Of a stretch of DNA of 64,000 bases, positions 31,294-41,369 are shown piece by piece (the stretch's first letter is position 1; every line of letters starts with the position of its first letter). The DNA is from Candidatus Bathyarchaeota archaeon (lineage in GTDB: Archaea; Thermoproteota; Bathyarchaeia; Bathyarchaeales; Bathycorpusculaceae): the NCBI GenBank assembly GCA_963767735.1, contig CAVYES010000004.1, forward strand, positions 64,001 to 128,000, read 5' to 3'. The notes beneath the pieces are model-generated. The model saw only the letters and a list, made by a program, of their open reading frames with translations. It was not told the origin of the DNA and did not search any database. A program made the translations under genes and the position numbers.

Positions 31294-32088
31294 ACGGCAA
31301 CCACAATTTATTATTTCTCAGGAACAGGCAACTCACTATACCTCACACGCCAACTGGCGACAAAAATCGGAAATTGCCAAATCAAATCCATGGCTAGACC
31401 GCCACCAATCCAACCAGTCGGCGGCTCAGAGGAAAACTTGGGTTTCGTCTTCCCCATCTATTACCGGGGATTACCAAGAATAGTCAAGCAATTCGCTGAA
31501 AAACTCAACATACGCCCCGGAACCTACTGTTTCGCAGTAGCAAATTACGGCAGGTCCAAACAAGGCACATTAGCCATGCTTAATGAAGTTCTGCAATCCA
31601 AAGGCACACAGTTATCTTACACAGAGGGAATAAAGTTGCCTGGCAACTACATCCTCAAATTCGACGTGCGGTCAACTGAAGAAACACACAAAATATTGGA
31701 AGAAGCCGACGGCATAATAGAGGAAGCAGCCAACGCAATCGCAAAAAAGGAAATTCGCCCCCTCACAAGGTCAGGCATTCACATAAGCAAAATCGGCAGC
31801 CGACTTTTCTACAGGAGCGCCGCCAAATTCGACGAGAAATTCACGGTGAATGAGAAGTGCATTAGCTGCGGTCTTTGCAGCGAGATTTGCCCAGTTCAAA
31901 ACATAAAGCTCGTAAACAAAAAGCCCGCTTGGCAGCATCACTGCGAACGATGCCTAGCTTGCATCCAATGGTGCCCCGCAGAAGCCATACAGTGCGGGAA
32001 GAAAACTGCTAAACGCGGAAGATACCACAACCCCAACATTAGGGCAAAAGACATCGTTGAAGGAAATAACGGAACAACAAACGTTTGA
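31294..32088 (+). CDS. EFR1-family flavodoxin-ferredoxin fusion; apparent start ACG 31294
   Basis: In-frame (T)ATTIYYFSGTGNSL upstream of ATG 31390; GFVFPIY, LPGNY; two CxxCxxCxxxCP motifs; GRYHNP. Confidence 0.88.
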   Translation, partial: TATTIYYFSGTGNSLYLTRQLATKIGNCQIKSMARPPPIQPVGGSEENLGFVFPIYYRGLPRIVKQFAEKLNIRPGTYCFAVANYGRSKQGTLAMLNEVLQSKGTQLSYTEGIKLPGNYILKFDVRSTEETHKILEEADGIIEEAANAIAKKEIRPLTRSGIHISKIGSRLFYRSAAKFDEKFTVNEKCISCGLCSEICPVQNIKLVNKKPAWQHHCERCLACIQWCPAEAIQCGKKTAKRGRYHNPNIRAKDIVEGNNGTTNV

Positions 32089-32391
32089 CAAAAAGTTGTG
32101 GTGGGGCTGCTCAGCCCTCAGCAATTATGACACCTTTCTAATCCTTCTTCATCTGTCAGCCTCCATTAAAACAACGGACAAACCTATCAATTGAGACTAT
32201 ACTGCGCTTTCACAATACATGCGCTGCTCTGCATGATCACCATGCTTCTGACGATAGTGATAGCTTAAGGTCGAACAGACCCAAAAAGCGAGATCAATCG
32301 TGATGGCGGCAAAATAGCAAAAACTAACACAAAATAGTAGAATTAGCAACAAGCTGGCGCGCTAAGTTATTTGTCATGGCACGATTAAATT

Positions 32392-32652
32392 CTACCCTTT
32401 CTTGTCTAAGGTATAATGCCCGTAAATTATTCGTTTAATAACTCGTTCAGGCAGAATTATAGTCGTTTCTTCTATTTCTGAAGTCTTTGTTTCCCCCATG
32501 CTTTTTGAAATAACTTCGTCTGGGTCAAATTTCACAAAGGAACCAACAATCTCAACATTTTTTGTTATGTACTTTACATCATCTAGTTCAGAGTTGGTTT
32601 GAATCTGGTACCAATCGGCTTTCCATTTTTTTTCTTTAGACAAACGGTTCAC
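32392..32652 (-). CDS. Small hypothetical protein
   Basis: 86-aa ORF with protein-like composition. Confidence 0.55.
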   Translation of the reverse strand: MNRLSKEKKWKADWYQIQTNSELDDVKYITKNVEIVGSFVKFDPDEVISKSMGETKTSEIEETTIILPERVIKRIIYGHYTLDKKG

Positions 32653-32784
32653 CTAACTTTTTTATAACCCCAAAATTAACAATCTTTGCCATCGCTTATG
32701 AAGTTAACCGAACTGGCTTTTAACATGTTTGGCAATTTCCGAGCATGTTGGTATCTTGTGGGTACACTACAAGCTAATACAAGT

Positions 32785-33097
32785 CTATTCTAGATAATTG
32801 TCAGCAACAGCTTCTAGTAGGTCAAACATCATATGTGATGCGTTATCTTTTGCTTGAAAACAAAAATGATAACCTTTGTAAATATCCTTAGCTCTTTTAA
32901 CTTTATATTTTTCAAAAATTTTGTTCATTGCTTCAAAGTATGCTTTTCCTGAAATCCTTTTCGTCTTCAACAGTAATGGCAGTACCTAGAAAAGCCTCAA
33001 AAACTTTATCAGGGCTTTCTATTAGTTCTCTTTTAAACAAAACAGAATCGAAATCTACGACAGAACTTCCCAAATACAGTTTACTTCTTGGCGACAA
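32785..33097 (-). pseudogene. Probable frameshifted, truncated hypothetical gene
   Basis: TTG 33097 frame (..VFEAFLGTAITVEDEKDFRK) joins the 32785-32970 frame (AYFEAMNKIFEKY..) if one A is removed from the run at 32944-32947. Confidence 0.35.
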
Positions 33098-33308
33098 TAT
33101 TTAACGAGAGTGGTTTTAAGCGTTTGCACTAGAGAATAAGCTGAAAAACTCAAATCAAGTCATGACAAATAACTTAACAGTATCCCGAGTTATACCATAA
33201 TTAAAACCTGACAGATTTAGTCAATTTTCTTCAATCTGGTTAAAAATTAAAAACAACGGTTCTTCTATATTACTCAAAAACCTTATAACGCTAAGACCGC
33301 TCTTTTGG

Positions 33309-34232
33309 TTGAAAAAGGCGTATTTAATGAAACTTGGTGCATTTACTTTCCAACCTGAAAAAGCGCAGGGATTTGATTTCCAAGTTTTACGCGTTAAAAC
33401 AGAAATGGGCACACGGATTTCGCCTGTGCAAGACATGTACAGTAATGTCGCTGTTTTCGCAGACAACGTTGCCGTACGCAATCACTCCGACTGGATATCT
33501 CAGTCTCCATTGGGACCGGCGAAAATGGGAAACAACAATTTCAATATATACTGGGACATTGTCTGCGCCACTCAGCCAGAACATAGAGCTGAACAATTAA
33601 ACTACATGACAGACGTCGATGATCACTCGCTTGGCGTGTGGTTAAATAGCCAATATTTTGCGGAGCAAGGACACTGCATTTGCCCACGCTGCAACGAGCT
33701 GTGGAAGAAAAGTGGTTTAAGTTGGCTTGAATGGCGCAGAAAAGAAGTTACCGAGTACATTGCTCAAGTTCGAGAGAAAGTCAAGAAAGAACTCGTTCTA
33801 TGTATTCAGCCCGACCCTGTAAGCTCTTTAGAGCGTTACGGAGTAGACTTTGACCAACTTGCAAAGTACACTGATACCTTCAACGTCGTGATGTTCAGCA
33901 AAAACTATGCCACCCCATGGTACTGGGAAATGCTTACCCGCGCCTTCAAAAAACTACTAAAAAAACCATTCTACATAAGCTTCTACGTTTACGGGCCAGG
34001 CGACAACCCAAACGACGTCCCATCCGCCCAAGAATTGCTCACCGTTAGTGTTCGCTGCGCAAGAGCAGGCGCCGATGGATTCCTATACCTAACTGATGGA
34101 GCCAGCCAAATCCGAGCCTTCCAGAAAACGGCTGTTGAAATGGTTGAGCTTAGAAAAAAGCTAAGAACTTATGGCGGCCAGCCAGTGCAAGAATTCCTGG
34201 ATCACGTTGAAAGCTGGAGTAAAATCGTGTAG
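33309..34232 (+). CDS. Putative glycoside-hydrolase-like TIM-barrel protein with HCxCxxC motif
   Basis: P.HR..QL, GHCICPRC, W.EWR...VT.Y, YGVDF..L; family assignment tentative. Confidence 0.6.
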   Translation: MKKAYLMKLGAFTFQPEKAQGFDFQVLRVKTEMGTRISPVQDMYSNVAVFADNVAVRNHSDWISQSPLGPAKMGNNNFNIYWDIVCATQPEHRAEQLNYMTDVDDHSLGVWLNSQYFAEQGHCICPRCNELWKKSGLSWLEWRRKEVTEYIAQVREKVKKELVLCIQPDPVSSLERYGVDFDQLAKYTDTFNVVMFSKNYATPWYWEMLTRAFKKLLKKPFYISFYVYGPGDNPNDVPSAQELLTVSVRCARAGADGFLYLTDGASQIRAFQKTAVEMVELRKKLRTYGGQPVQEFLDHVESWSKIV

Positions 34233-34354
34233 TTTTAAACTTTGTTCTCTTTTTAAGAGTGCTTTTTTTGACTTGCCGTTTTTTTTGGATTCTTGTAGGC
34301 GTTACGTTTTTATCGCATCGTTCTTTTGACTATGATTGTCTGGAGCCACGCTAG

Positions 34355-34942
34355 TTGGATTTCATCACAGATTTAAGCAGAGCCGCCATAGCGCTATTCA
34401 TCATAGTGGATCCGTTCGGTAACATTCCAATTTTCGAGGGATTAACTACAGACATTCCACAGGATCAAAGACAAAAAGTCTATAACACCGCGACTCTCAT
34501 TGGCTTTGCTCTGCTTCTTATTTTCGCATTCACTGGACAAGAAATCTTTTCACTTTTCGGATTATCGATTTACAGTTTCGAAGTTGCCGGAGGCATCCTG
34601 CTATTAATTGTTGCAATTAGAATCTTGATTACAGGGGGCATGCATGAGAACGTTGAATCTCCGGAAAGCTTAGGTGCCGTTCCCATTGCAATCCCTCTTC
34701 TCGTGGGGCCTGGAGCAATCACCACTACTATTTTGGACCTTCAAAATTACGGTATTGTGATAGCGCTTTTGGCAGTTTTGATTGTGTTATCCTTGACATG
34801 GGTTATTCTTAGGTACATTAACGGAATTTACAAGTTTTTAGGCAAAACAGGCGCCCTAGTTATAGCAAGAGTTATGGCATTACTTATCGCCGCCATTGCA
34901 GTGCAATACATTTTAACAGGCGTCACTCATTTTGTAATTTAA
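34355..34942 (+). CDS. marC: MarC-family membrane protein
   Basis: LFIIVDPFGNIPIF, AGGILL, VPIAIPLLVGPGAIT. Confidence 0.92.
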   Translation: MDFITDLSRAAIALFIIVDPFGNIPIFEGLTTDIPQDQRQKVYNTATLIGFALLLIFAFTGQEIFSLFGLSIYSFEVAGGILLLIVAIRILITGGMHENVESPESLGAVPIAIPLLVGPGAITTTILDLQNYGIVIALLAVLIVLSLTWVILRYINGIYKFLGKTGALVIARVMALLIAAIAVQYILTGVTHFVI

Positions 34943-35126
34943 CCAAACTCATTCATTAAACATGCATTTCATTAAACAATTTTATAAAAAAAGTTTTTAT
35001 TTATTTTTTATTGAATAACATTTTGGAAGGAAAACGAACATTAGAGCCATCTCTTGATAGATACCAAAAGGCTTATTTTGTAATTCGAACGTATCTTTAA
35101 CGGTAAATTTTTTTAAAAACGGTGAA

Positions 35127-35900
35127 TTGATGAAAAATTTAAAATATTCTAAATTTTTAGCTTTGATTGTCTTGGTGTCAGTTCTCTTACTGGCAGCTGT
35201 AAATCTGAATATACCCAGCGTTAAAGCGCAGACAACGGAAAGTGTTTACGTTTATACGTCTTGCGGTGGAACAATTTCAGCAAACGGAGCAAGTCTAACC
35301 GGTGGATCTACCTACAATTATACTAGCGGTGCCTCTGTTACCTTCACAGCAACCCCCACTAGCGGCTGCAAACTCTTGTACTGGGAGTATGCGTCAAAGT
35401 CAGCAACCGGTACTTCCACTAATAACCCGTTCGTATTCACTATTCCCTCAATCGCAAGCGCAATACAGGCTATGTTCATTCCAACCGTGAACTCTTCAGT
35501 AGCCTCCAGCTCTAGCCAAACTGGCACAGCACCCTTTGATGTCCTAATCTCAATAGGCGGAACAACAACTCCAGCAGCAGCAATATATAGTAACTATACT
35601 ATCGGTTCTGTTATTAACTTCGCAGCCACCGCCGGAAACGGCTTTAAATTTATGTACTGGTTAGTTCCCGCTGCAACAGGAAATCAAGTCAGCATTTTAA
35701 CTTCCAATACATTTGCATTCAAAGTTACTGCAAACGCATGCGCAGTACAGGCTTATTTTGAACCAACCACTAGCAACATCACACTGCCGACAATAACCAC
35801 AGTAAATGAGTTTTCATCAGCAACTGCAATCATCACAGCCCTGGTACTGGTCATAGTTGCATTTGGAACTTATGCGTACAGCAGGAAAACCAAGAAGTAA
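35127..35900 (+). CDS. Secreted protein with two InlB-B-like repeats and a PEF-CTERM variant (VNEF)
   Basis: GGT...Y..G..V.F.AT...G.KF.YW twice; TTVNEF, TM, RKTKK. Confidence 0.75.
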   Translation: MMKNLKYSKFLALIVLVSVLLLAAVNLNIPSVKAQTTESVYVYTSCGGTISANGASLTGGSTYNYTSGASVTFTATPTSGCKLLYWEYASKSATGTSTNNPFVFTIPSIASAIQAMFIPTVNSSVASSSSQTGTAPFDVLISIGGTTTPAAAIYSNYTIGSVINFAATAGNGFKFMYWLVPAATGNQVSILTSNTFAFKVTANACAVQAYFEPTTSNITLPTITTVNEFSSATAIITALVLVIVAFGTYAYSRKTKK

Positions 35901-36034
35901 AATCTCAAAACCACTTTTTTATATTTTCTTAATCTTTTGAGTACGGCAAAACCGCAGCCATCTTCTCTAGCCCTTTTTGCTCAGCTAACATCACATTTTT
36001 TAGAAACGAGCACCCTTAACCAAGTTGTTACTAG

Positions 36035-36325
36035 GTGTTTGATATGGAAAAATCTGTTCAGAAATATTTGTTGATGATTAAGTTAAGTCCCAACATGGCT
36101 GCAAAACTTTATGAGCCTTTGATAGAATTTCCCGAAGAACCTATGGAAGGCGTAAAACTTGAGGAAGCATTTCAAGTTTTTGGTCAATGGGATTTTGCAG
36201 TTTTATTTCAAGCAGACACCAACACGAACGCCCTACATTTCGTCGGGGATAAAATCCGCTTAATTGAGGGCATCATTGAAACTTCCACCATACCGCTGGC
36301 TCCGATAAAGGACTACCGCAAATAA
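36035..36325 (+). CDS. Stand-alone Lrp/AsnC ligand-binding (GYD-like) domain protein
   Basis: FQVFGQWDF, IRLIEGIIETST. Confidence 0.75.
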   Translation: MFDMEKSVQKYLLMIKLSPNMAAKLYEPLIEFPEEPMEGVKLEEAFQVFGQWDFAVLFQADTNTNALHFVGDKIRLIEGIIETSTIPLAPIKDYRK

Positions 36326-36567
36326 TAGTTTTTTTAACATCTTTTTCGCAGAGACTCGCGCTTATTTTGTAGAATTCGTAGTTTATCCCTTTGAGACCTG
36401 CACCTCAAACGACTTGTTGCGAAGTCGCGTTTTTTCTGGACGATTAATTAACGCTCTGTAAGTCGTATTTTTGTTGTGCAATTTTTTGATGTGGATTGGG
36501 GGTTAGCAAGCTTTAATAATGATATATTAAGTGTTGATATTCAATACTGTTAGGTGTGTTGCGACAG

Positions 36568-36711
36568 TTGCCTGAAACCAAAGTTCACCCATTAAACTCA
36601 ACTCAAATTAACAACAAAAGTTCTTCTTCAAATAAAGAAACAACACCAAAACCAAGACAACTTCAGCTCTACCATCGCAAAAAACCTCGGGAGCGTGTTA
36701 GATTTGGCTAG
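36568..36711 (+). CDS. Possible small basic protein (47 aa)
   Basis: AGGTG then TTG: MPETKVHP...YHRKKPRERVRFG; weak support. Confidence 0.3.
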   Translation: MPETKVHPLNSTQINNKSSSSNKETTPKPRQLQLYHRKKPRERVRFG

Positions 36712-36964
36712 AGTCAAACCGAATGAACACATGTTCGGATTACGTCTGACCTTTCACTGCATAGGCATCAGCTGCTTAGCAGGAGCAGTGTTTCTACAAG
36801 TTTTGGTGTTCATGAACATCGCCTCTCAAGGCTTCTTCATGGGCGTAGAAAAAAATCCATTCATATTAAACTCAGAAATAGGACTCACCATCTTCTGCGT
36901 CGTTTACCTACTATACCTATCTATAACAAAAATAACCTCATTTCTAAATCCGCGAACCAACTAA
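36695..36964 (+). CDS. Small two-TM membrane protein (start possibly ATG 36731)
   Basis: Two hydrophobic helices. Confidence 0.6.
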   Translation: MLDLARVKPNEHMFGLRLTFHCIGISCLAGAVFLQVLVFMNIASQGFFMGVEKNPFILNSEIGLTIFCVVYLLYLSITKITSFLNPRTN

Positions 36965-37362
36965 AAGAACCCACAACCTTTTTCCTTCAGCAACTCCTAC
37001 CCAACGCCTAAGTCAACAAAAACAGCAAATACTGCCTTATCGTTTTCAGTCCATTAACTGGTGCATAAAGCGTGCTGGCTTGTCCCGAAATTAGGCGTTT
37101 TGACTAACTGTATATGTCTTTGTTGTTCTCGAAGCTACGCCATCAGCATTGTCATCGGACGGAACCAGCTTTTCGATTACGTGGGGCAGATCTTAAGGCT
37201 AATCCACTGAAATTTAGCGAGCAAGCATTCCTTTTTTTAGTTATTTGCGGCTCACCTCCTAAGCGCGGCGCGGAGGTAACTCATTTGAAATGAGGCCCAA
37301 CCAAAAAATAAAAATTAAATTAATTTAGGGACAAACCAACGCTCTAACTCAATGGGTTGTCT

Positions 37363-37680
37363 CTAAAGCCAGAGCGAGGGCTTTTGACGGGGTTCCGTCA
37401 CGTCGGTCACGTCGGCATCTATCATGTCCGCAGCTCGTTGTAAGACTTGCTTAGTTAGTTCCATGCATATGGTTGGCGTTTTTAAGTGAGCCACTGTCAT
37501 GTCAGCATTCGGTTGCTTTTTGTGTATGCTTACATGATTGTCAATGGCTTCAATCATTTCCTGCAAAGTTGGGGACATAGGGATTTTTTCACCGCATTCT
37601 GGACAACTTATGTATTTGATTTGGGGGTTTTCAGTGACGTTTTCTTTGGATTTTTCATTATTTTCTAAATTAGTTATCAT
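37363..37680 (-). CDS. C2H2-like zinc-finger microprotein, family copy A
   Basis: ISCPECGEKIPMSPTLQEMIEAIDNHVSIHKK...LTKQVL. Confidence 0.8.
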   Translation of the reverse strand: MITNLENNEKSKENVTENPQIKYISCPECGEKIPMSPTLQEMIEAIDNHVSIHKKQPNADMTVAHLKTPTICMELTKQVLQRAADMIDADVTDVTEPRQKPSLWL

Positions 37681-37953
37681 ACTCAGACGCCTTGTACGTA
37701 AGGTGACTAAATGAGAGGATAAACGCTTATAACATGCTCATATAGTGGAGCAGATTATCTTGACTGCTGTTTTTCCATTTCAGTTTCAGTGGTAGTGCAC
37801 TTATATGATGTATCTTGAGTCTGGAATCACAATAGTTTGCGTGTTTCATGCTAAAAAAAGACAACAGTTTTTAATCGTCATTTTATGGAAAAATGAGAAC
37901 TGCACAACAATTTTTGCTTTATGTTTGAACCATTAGAGAAATTTTAGGCGACT

Positions 37954-38253
37954 TCAAATTTGCTGAAGAATCTGATTCGCTAAAGCCAGACGAATATTAA
38001 TTGGTTTAGTATACTTCAGAAGAAGATTGGACTCTATTTCATCCTTATGAAGCTGGATATGATTCTCGATTGCCTCATTCATCTGTCTCAAAGTAGGTGT
38101 TATAAGAATTTCCTCACCACATTGAGGGCATCTAATCAATCCCTTTTTGACCTGACAACGATTTAGGCCAACCACCTTTGCCTTCAGTTTTCCTGATTTT
38201 TCACCATCTTCTTCAAAGATTCCTGTAGCCATAATCACCTTCTCCTTTTCCAC
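37954..38253 (-). CDS. C2H2-like zinc-finger microprotein, family copy B
   Basis: IRCPQCGEEILITPTLRQMNEAIENHIQLHKD...LANQIL. Confidence 0.8.
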   Translation of the reverse strand: MEKEKVIMATGIFEEDGEKSGKLKAKVVGLNRCQVKKGLIRCPQCGEEILITPTLRQMNEAIENHIQLHKDEIESNLLLKYTKPINIRLALANQILQQI

Positions 38254-38482
38254 TCAGCACACAAATTTTAACTCTGAATGTAATTCAAACTTAACGAAAC
38301 ACTTTATAAAAATTTATGACATGCCGGTATAGTCAAGAAAGCTTGTCTTTTTAAAGGAACAGTTGATGGGAATTTTATATTTTTTCGAAATAAAATATCC
38401 CGATTAAGTCTGGATTTGTAAATAACCATTTATAGTTCGGGTGCATGGTACGAGGAATACACTTTGAAAAGGTTGGATAGCA

Positions 38483-38722
38483 GTGGATGTTCATATTTCT
38501 GAGTCGAAATATAAATGCAAAGCTCGGTTACCCGTAATTAGATGTTCTTGCGGGGCTGAAATTTTGTTAGTTCCCAATGTTAAAAAGATGGGCGAAACAA
38601 TTGAAAATCATGCTGATTCGCACAAGCAAAAAGTAAAAGACCCTGAGGAAGCGGAAGCAGAAGCAGAAAGAGTACGTAATGATTTAATTGTAAAGATATT
38701 GGAAAAAGCATGTAATTCTTGA
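38483..38722 (+). CDS. C2H2-like zinc-finger microprotein, family copy C
   Basis: IRCSCGAEILLVPNVKKMGETIENHADSHKQ...LIVKIL. Confidence 0.8.
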   Translation: MDVHISESKYKCKARLPVIRCSCGAEILLVPNVKKMGETIENHADSHKQKVKDPEEAEAEAERVRNDLIVKILEKACNS

Positions 38723-38734
38723 TAGCTTATTAGC

Positions 38735-39307
38735 TTAAAAGTGGGAATTACCCAATGAACCTTCCATGATGTTTTGTTCAGCTATGTCTAACTGCAGAGA
38801 CAACCATTTTTTAAGAATTATTGAGAAATCAGGAGCGCCCTCATATATGATTAATTGGTTTCCCCTAAGGGCGTCAACTTGGAAAACCTTCGCAGTCTCT
38901 TTATATCTAAAAAATAGCATTTGCGCATGCATTGCTAAGACCTGAAAATCTGCCCACTGTTTACAACGCAAAATCACGGAAGGCTCACCTCGAACAACTG
39001 TTGGCGATACGGCAGGGGCTTCCTGAACCTGAGGCTCCTGTTCCTTCATCGAAGCTGGTAAGTCTTTTTTAGGTGAGTTCAGCAGGAAGCCAATTAGGCT
39101 TGTTACTTCTTTTTGCAGGTTATTTATTTTTTCATCAACCTCTTCCACCTTAACTTTTAATCCGTTCGTTGTGTTACCTATGATCTTGGCAACCGTCGCC
39201 AACTCTCCAGTCGACTGGTCCAAATTTTGTTCATGGATCTTTAGAACGTTAATTAAGAAATCAAAAGCCTTTACGGAATCATCTTTCGAATCTGGGTTCT
39301 CCACCAT
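38735..39307 (-). CDS. Hypothetical protein with N-terminal coiled coil
   Basis: 190-aa ORF; heptad region followed by a globular domain (CKQWADF...KVFQVDAL). Confidence 0.7.
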   Translation of the reverse strand: MVENPDSKDDSVKAFDFLINVLKIHEQNLDQSTGELATVAKIIGNTTNGLKVKVEEVDEKINNLQKEVTSLIGFLLNSPKKDLPASMKEQEPQVQEAPAVSPTVVRGEPSVILRCKQWADFQVLAMHAQMLFFRYKETAKVFQVDALRGNQLIIYEGAPDFSIILKKWLSLQLDIAEQNIMEGSLGNSHF

Positions 39308-39752
39308 ATCTTCCGTTTCCCAGATAAATCTTGGATAATTTGCTTTTTAAGGCGTATTTCGATGCTGGATTATTCTGTTTCCTGAAACCCCCTTCTCAAC
39401 TTCACAACAGAATCGCCGACGACTATCTACGTGGCTGAACATTGCTCAAGATGTGAATAAAAAGTTCGGGATAACAAGTGGCTCCTGCATTTAATATGGA
39501 AAAATCTCAAATCATGAACGGTAAAAACTGTGCGCGTGTGTGTTCCTAAATTCGTAATTAGTTGAGTCATGTGCCTCTCTTGGAGTGAGCAATGAAGAGA
39601 CAGAGGCTTTAGCACCAGGTTGAACGATATTTTTATAATAAGTTGCGATTTCAGATGGCTTTTTGTGTTATGCGTTGTATTTTAATTTGTGGTATGGAGC
39701 CCGTGCAGATTATTCATATATAGCGGGCGCCTTTTGTTCTCTGGTGTTACAA

Positions 39753-40109
39753 ATGAACTCAGAACAAATAAATAGTCTCTTTAAAGTAATTGATGAGATG
39801 GATTGTGAAAAGTTCGCTGCATTCTTAGATGAAAATGGTGAATTTAAGTTTGGGAACGCCTCAACTGTAAAAGGAAGAGCTGAAATAAAAAAGGCCGTTT
39901 CTCAGTTCTTCAATAGCATTCATGGATTGCAACATAACATTAAACAAATTTGGAGCGTTGACAGTTGTGTTATTGTAAACGGAGAAGTCACCTACACAAG
40001 GAAAAACAAAACACAAATCACTATTCCTTTCATGAACCTTTTAGAAATGAATAACGGTTTAATTAAAAATTATCAGATATTCATTGACATTAGTCCATTA
40101 TTTGCCTAG
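39753..40109 (+). CDS. SnoaL/NTF2-like protein
   Basis: Start ATG 39753; F.FGN...V.GR..I, GEVTYTR, I..YQIFID..P. Confidence 0.85.
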   Translation: MNSEQINSLFKVIDEMDCEKFAAFLDENGEFKFGNASTVKGRAEIKKAVSQFFNSIHGLQHNIKQIWSVDSCVIVNGEVTYTRKNKTQITIPFMNLLEMNNGLIKNYQIFIDISPLFA

Positions 40110-40146
40110 CGCGCGATTGTGTGAAAATGACTTACATGTTTTTAGA

Positions 40147-41043
40147 TTAGACAACGGCTTGTTTTCCACCTCTGGTGAGGAAGCGCCAGACTAAAAGAGC
40201 TTCTACAAGCAAGATTAAAGCAGCAATGCCAATGAAAGCTATGTTCACAGGAAGCCGATAACCGGACAAGTTTTCTATTGACAGCACTGCGGATGAGACA
40301 AACAAACTCGCTGCAACTGCAAACGGAACTCCGAACACACGCCAAGATTTGCCTTTCAACCTGAGCCAACCGCCAGCGTAAGTCACCACAATCGCAGCAA
40401 AAAGGCTCAAAACAGGGTAGAAGGCACCCGAAGACAGGAAATCTTTGGCCTGAATTGTAAAACTCCGGTTAAGGAATGAATACAGGATTAGCAAAGATAA
40501 CGAGCCCACGAAGAACCAGTTGTCAACAATCTGTCCGTTCAAAGCAGGTCCGTAGGTTCTCCGCCAAGGAACGGGTTTTGACTCTCGCAAATCTGGATCT
40601 GAGAGCTCGGTCAATTCTGCGGTATCTTCGTTTAGAAAATACACTCTGTCGGGAACTTTCTGATCTAGCAATTCAAGTTGGCATTCTTCACCCTTTTGTG
40701 TCGCAGCAAGAGCGTAACGGCCCCTTTTTACAAGTCTGGAAAATGGGAAGAGCCACTCGACTCCTCTGTCCTTTTCGGTTGTTAGAGCATCCAAAAAACT
40801 GTGAAGGAAAGCGCCTAGAGCAAGCCATTGATTAATAAAGAAAAGCGCAGCAAAAAATAATAGGTTATGGAAAAGCGAACGATGCCATTCTTCTTCTGTG
40901 AAGGTTTTTCGCCCGCCCAACAAGTACTCTCTATCAAGATCAGGTATTAAGGCGCCCACGGAGGCAAGAATAGCAAAATAAGGATTACCCGTTAACACTC
41001 CAGTAATCATAGCGCTAAAGAACACATGCGTTTGAAGATTCAA
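40147..41043 (-). CDS. YdjM-like membrane metal-dependent hydrolase
   Basis: TH, GALIPDLD, HRSLFHN, HSFLD, GVEWLFP. Confidence 0.85.
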   Translation of the reverse strand: MNLQTHVFFSAMITGVLTGNPYFAILASVGALIPDLDREYLLGGRKTFTEEEWHRSLFHNLLFFAALFFINQWLALGAFLHSFLDALTTEKDRGVEWLFPFSRLVKRGRYALAATQKGEECQLELLDQKVPDRVYFLNEDTAELTELSDPDLRESKPVPWRRTYGPALNGQIVDNWFFVGSLSLLILYSFLNRSFTIQAKDFLSSGAFYPVLSLFAAIVVTYAGGWLRLKGKSWRVFGVPFAVAASLFVSSAVLSIENLSGYRLPVNIAFIGIAALILLVEALLVWRFLTRGGKQAVV

Positions 41044-41369
41044 ACTCGGTCAACTAATAATAGCCTAAATTGAAATAAGAGGTTTACTCATGCGCCAATT
41101 CAAGTTTCTAACGATACTTCAAGAGTCGAGTTAAAAGATAAAATACGGCACATGAAATTTTGCTAGGGCAAAAGTGCACTAAAGCAGATTTACCTGTTGC
41201 TAACAAAAAAGCGGCTGATTAGGTTGGGTTTCGAGTCGCCTCTTCACGTTTACGTTAAAAAAGCCCAATTAGAATGAATATATTCTGCTTGACCAAGTTG
41301 TTACCCTGGTCCTTTTGTAATTTGTGGAAGTCTGTTTCCTGTTTACAGCACGTTGCCACCGACACATGA

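Noticed and set aside
31280-31483. 67-aa ORF upstream of EFR1
   Set aside because: Out-of-frame overlap with the real flavodoxin N-terminus; a frameshift from ATG 31280 is possible, but homologs as I recall them start close to the YFSGTGN motif.
41140-41170. Possible eighth zinc-finger relic (GGCACATGAAATTTTGCTA, GT/EILL)
   Set aside because: The match is too short, needs a frameshift and has no Cys/His ligands.
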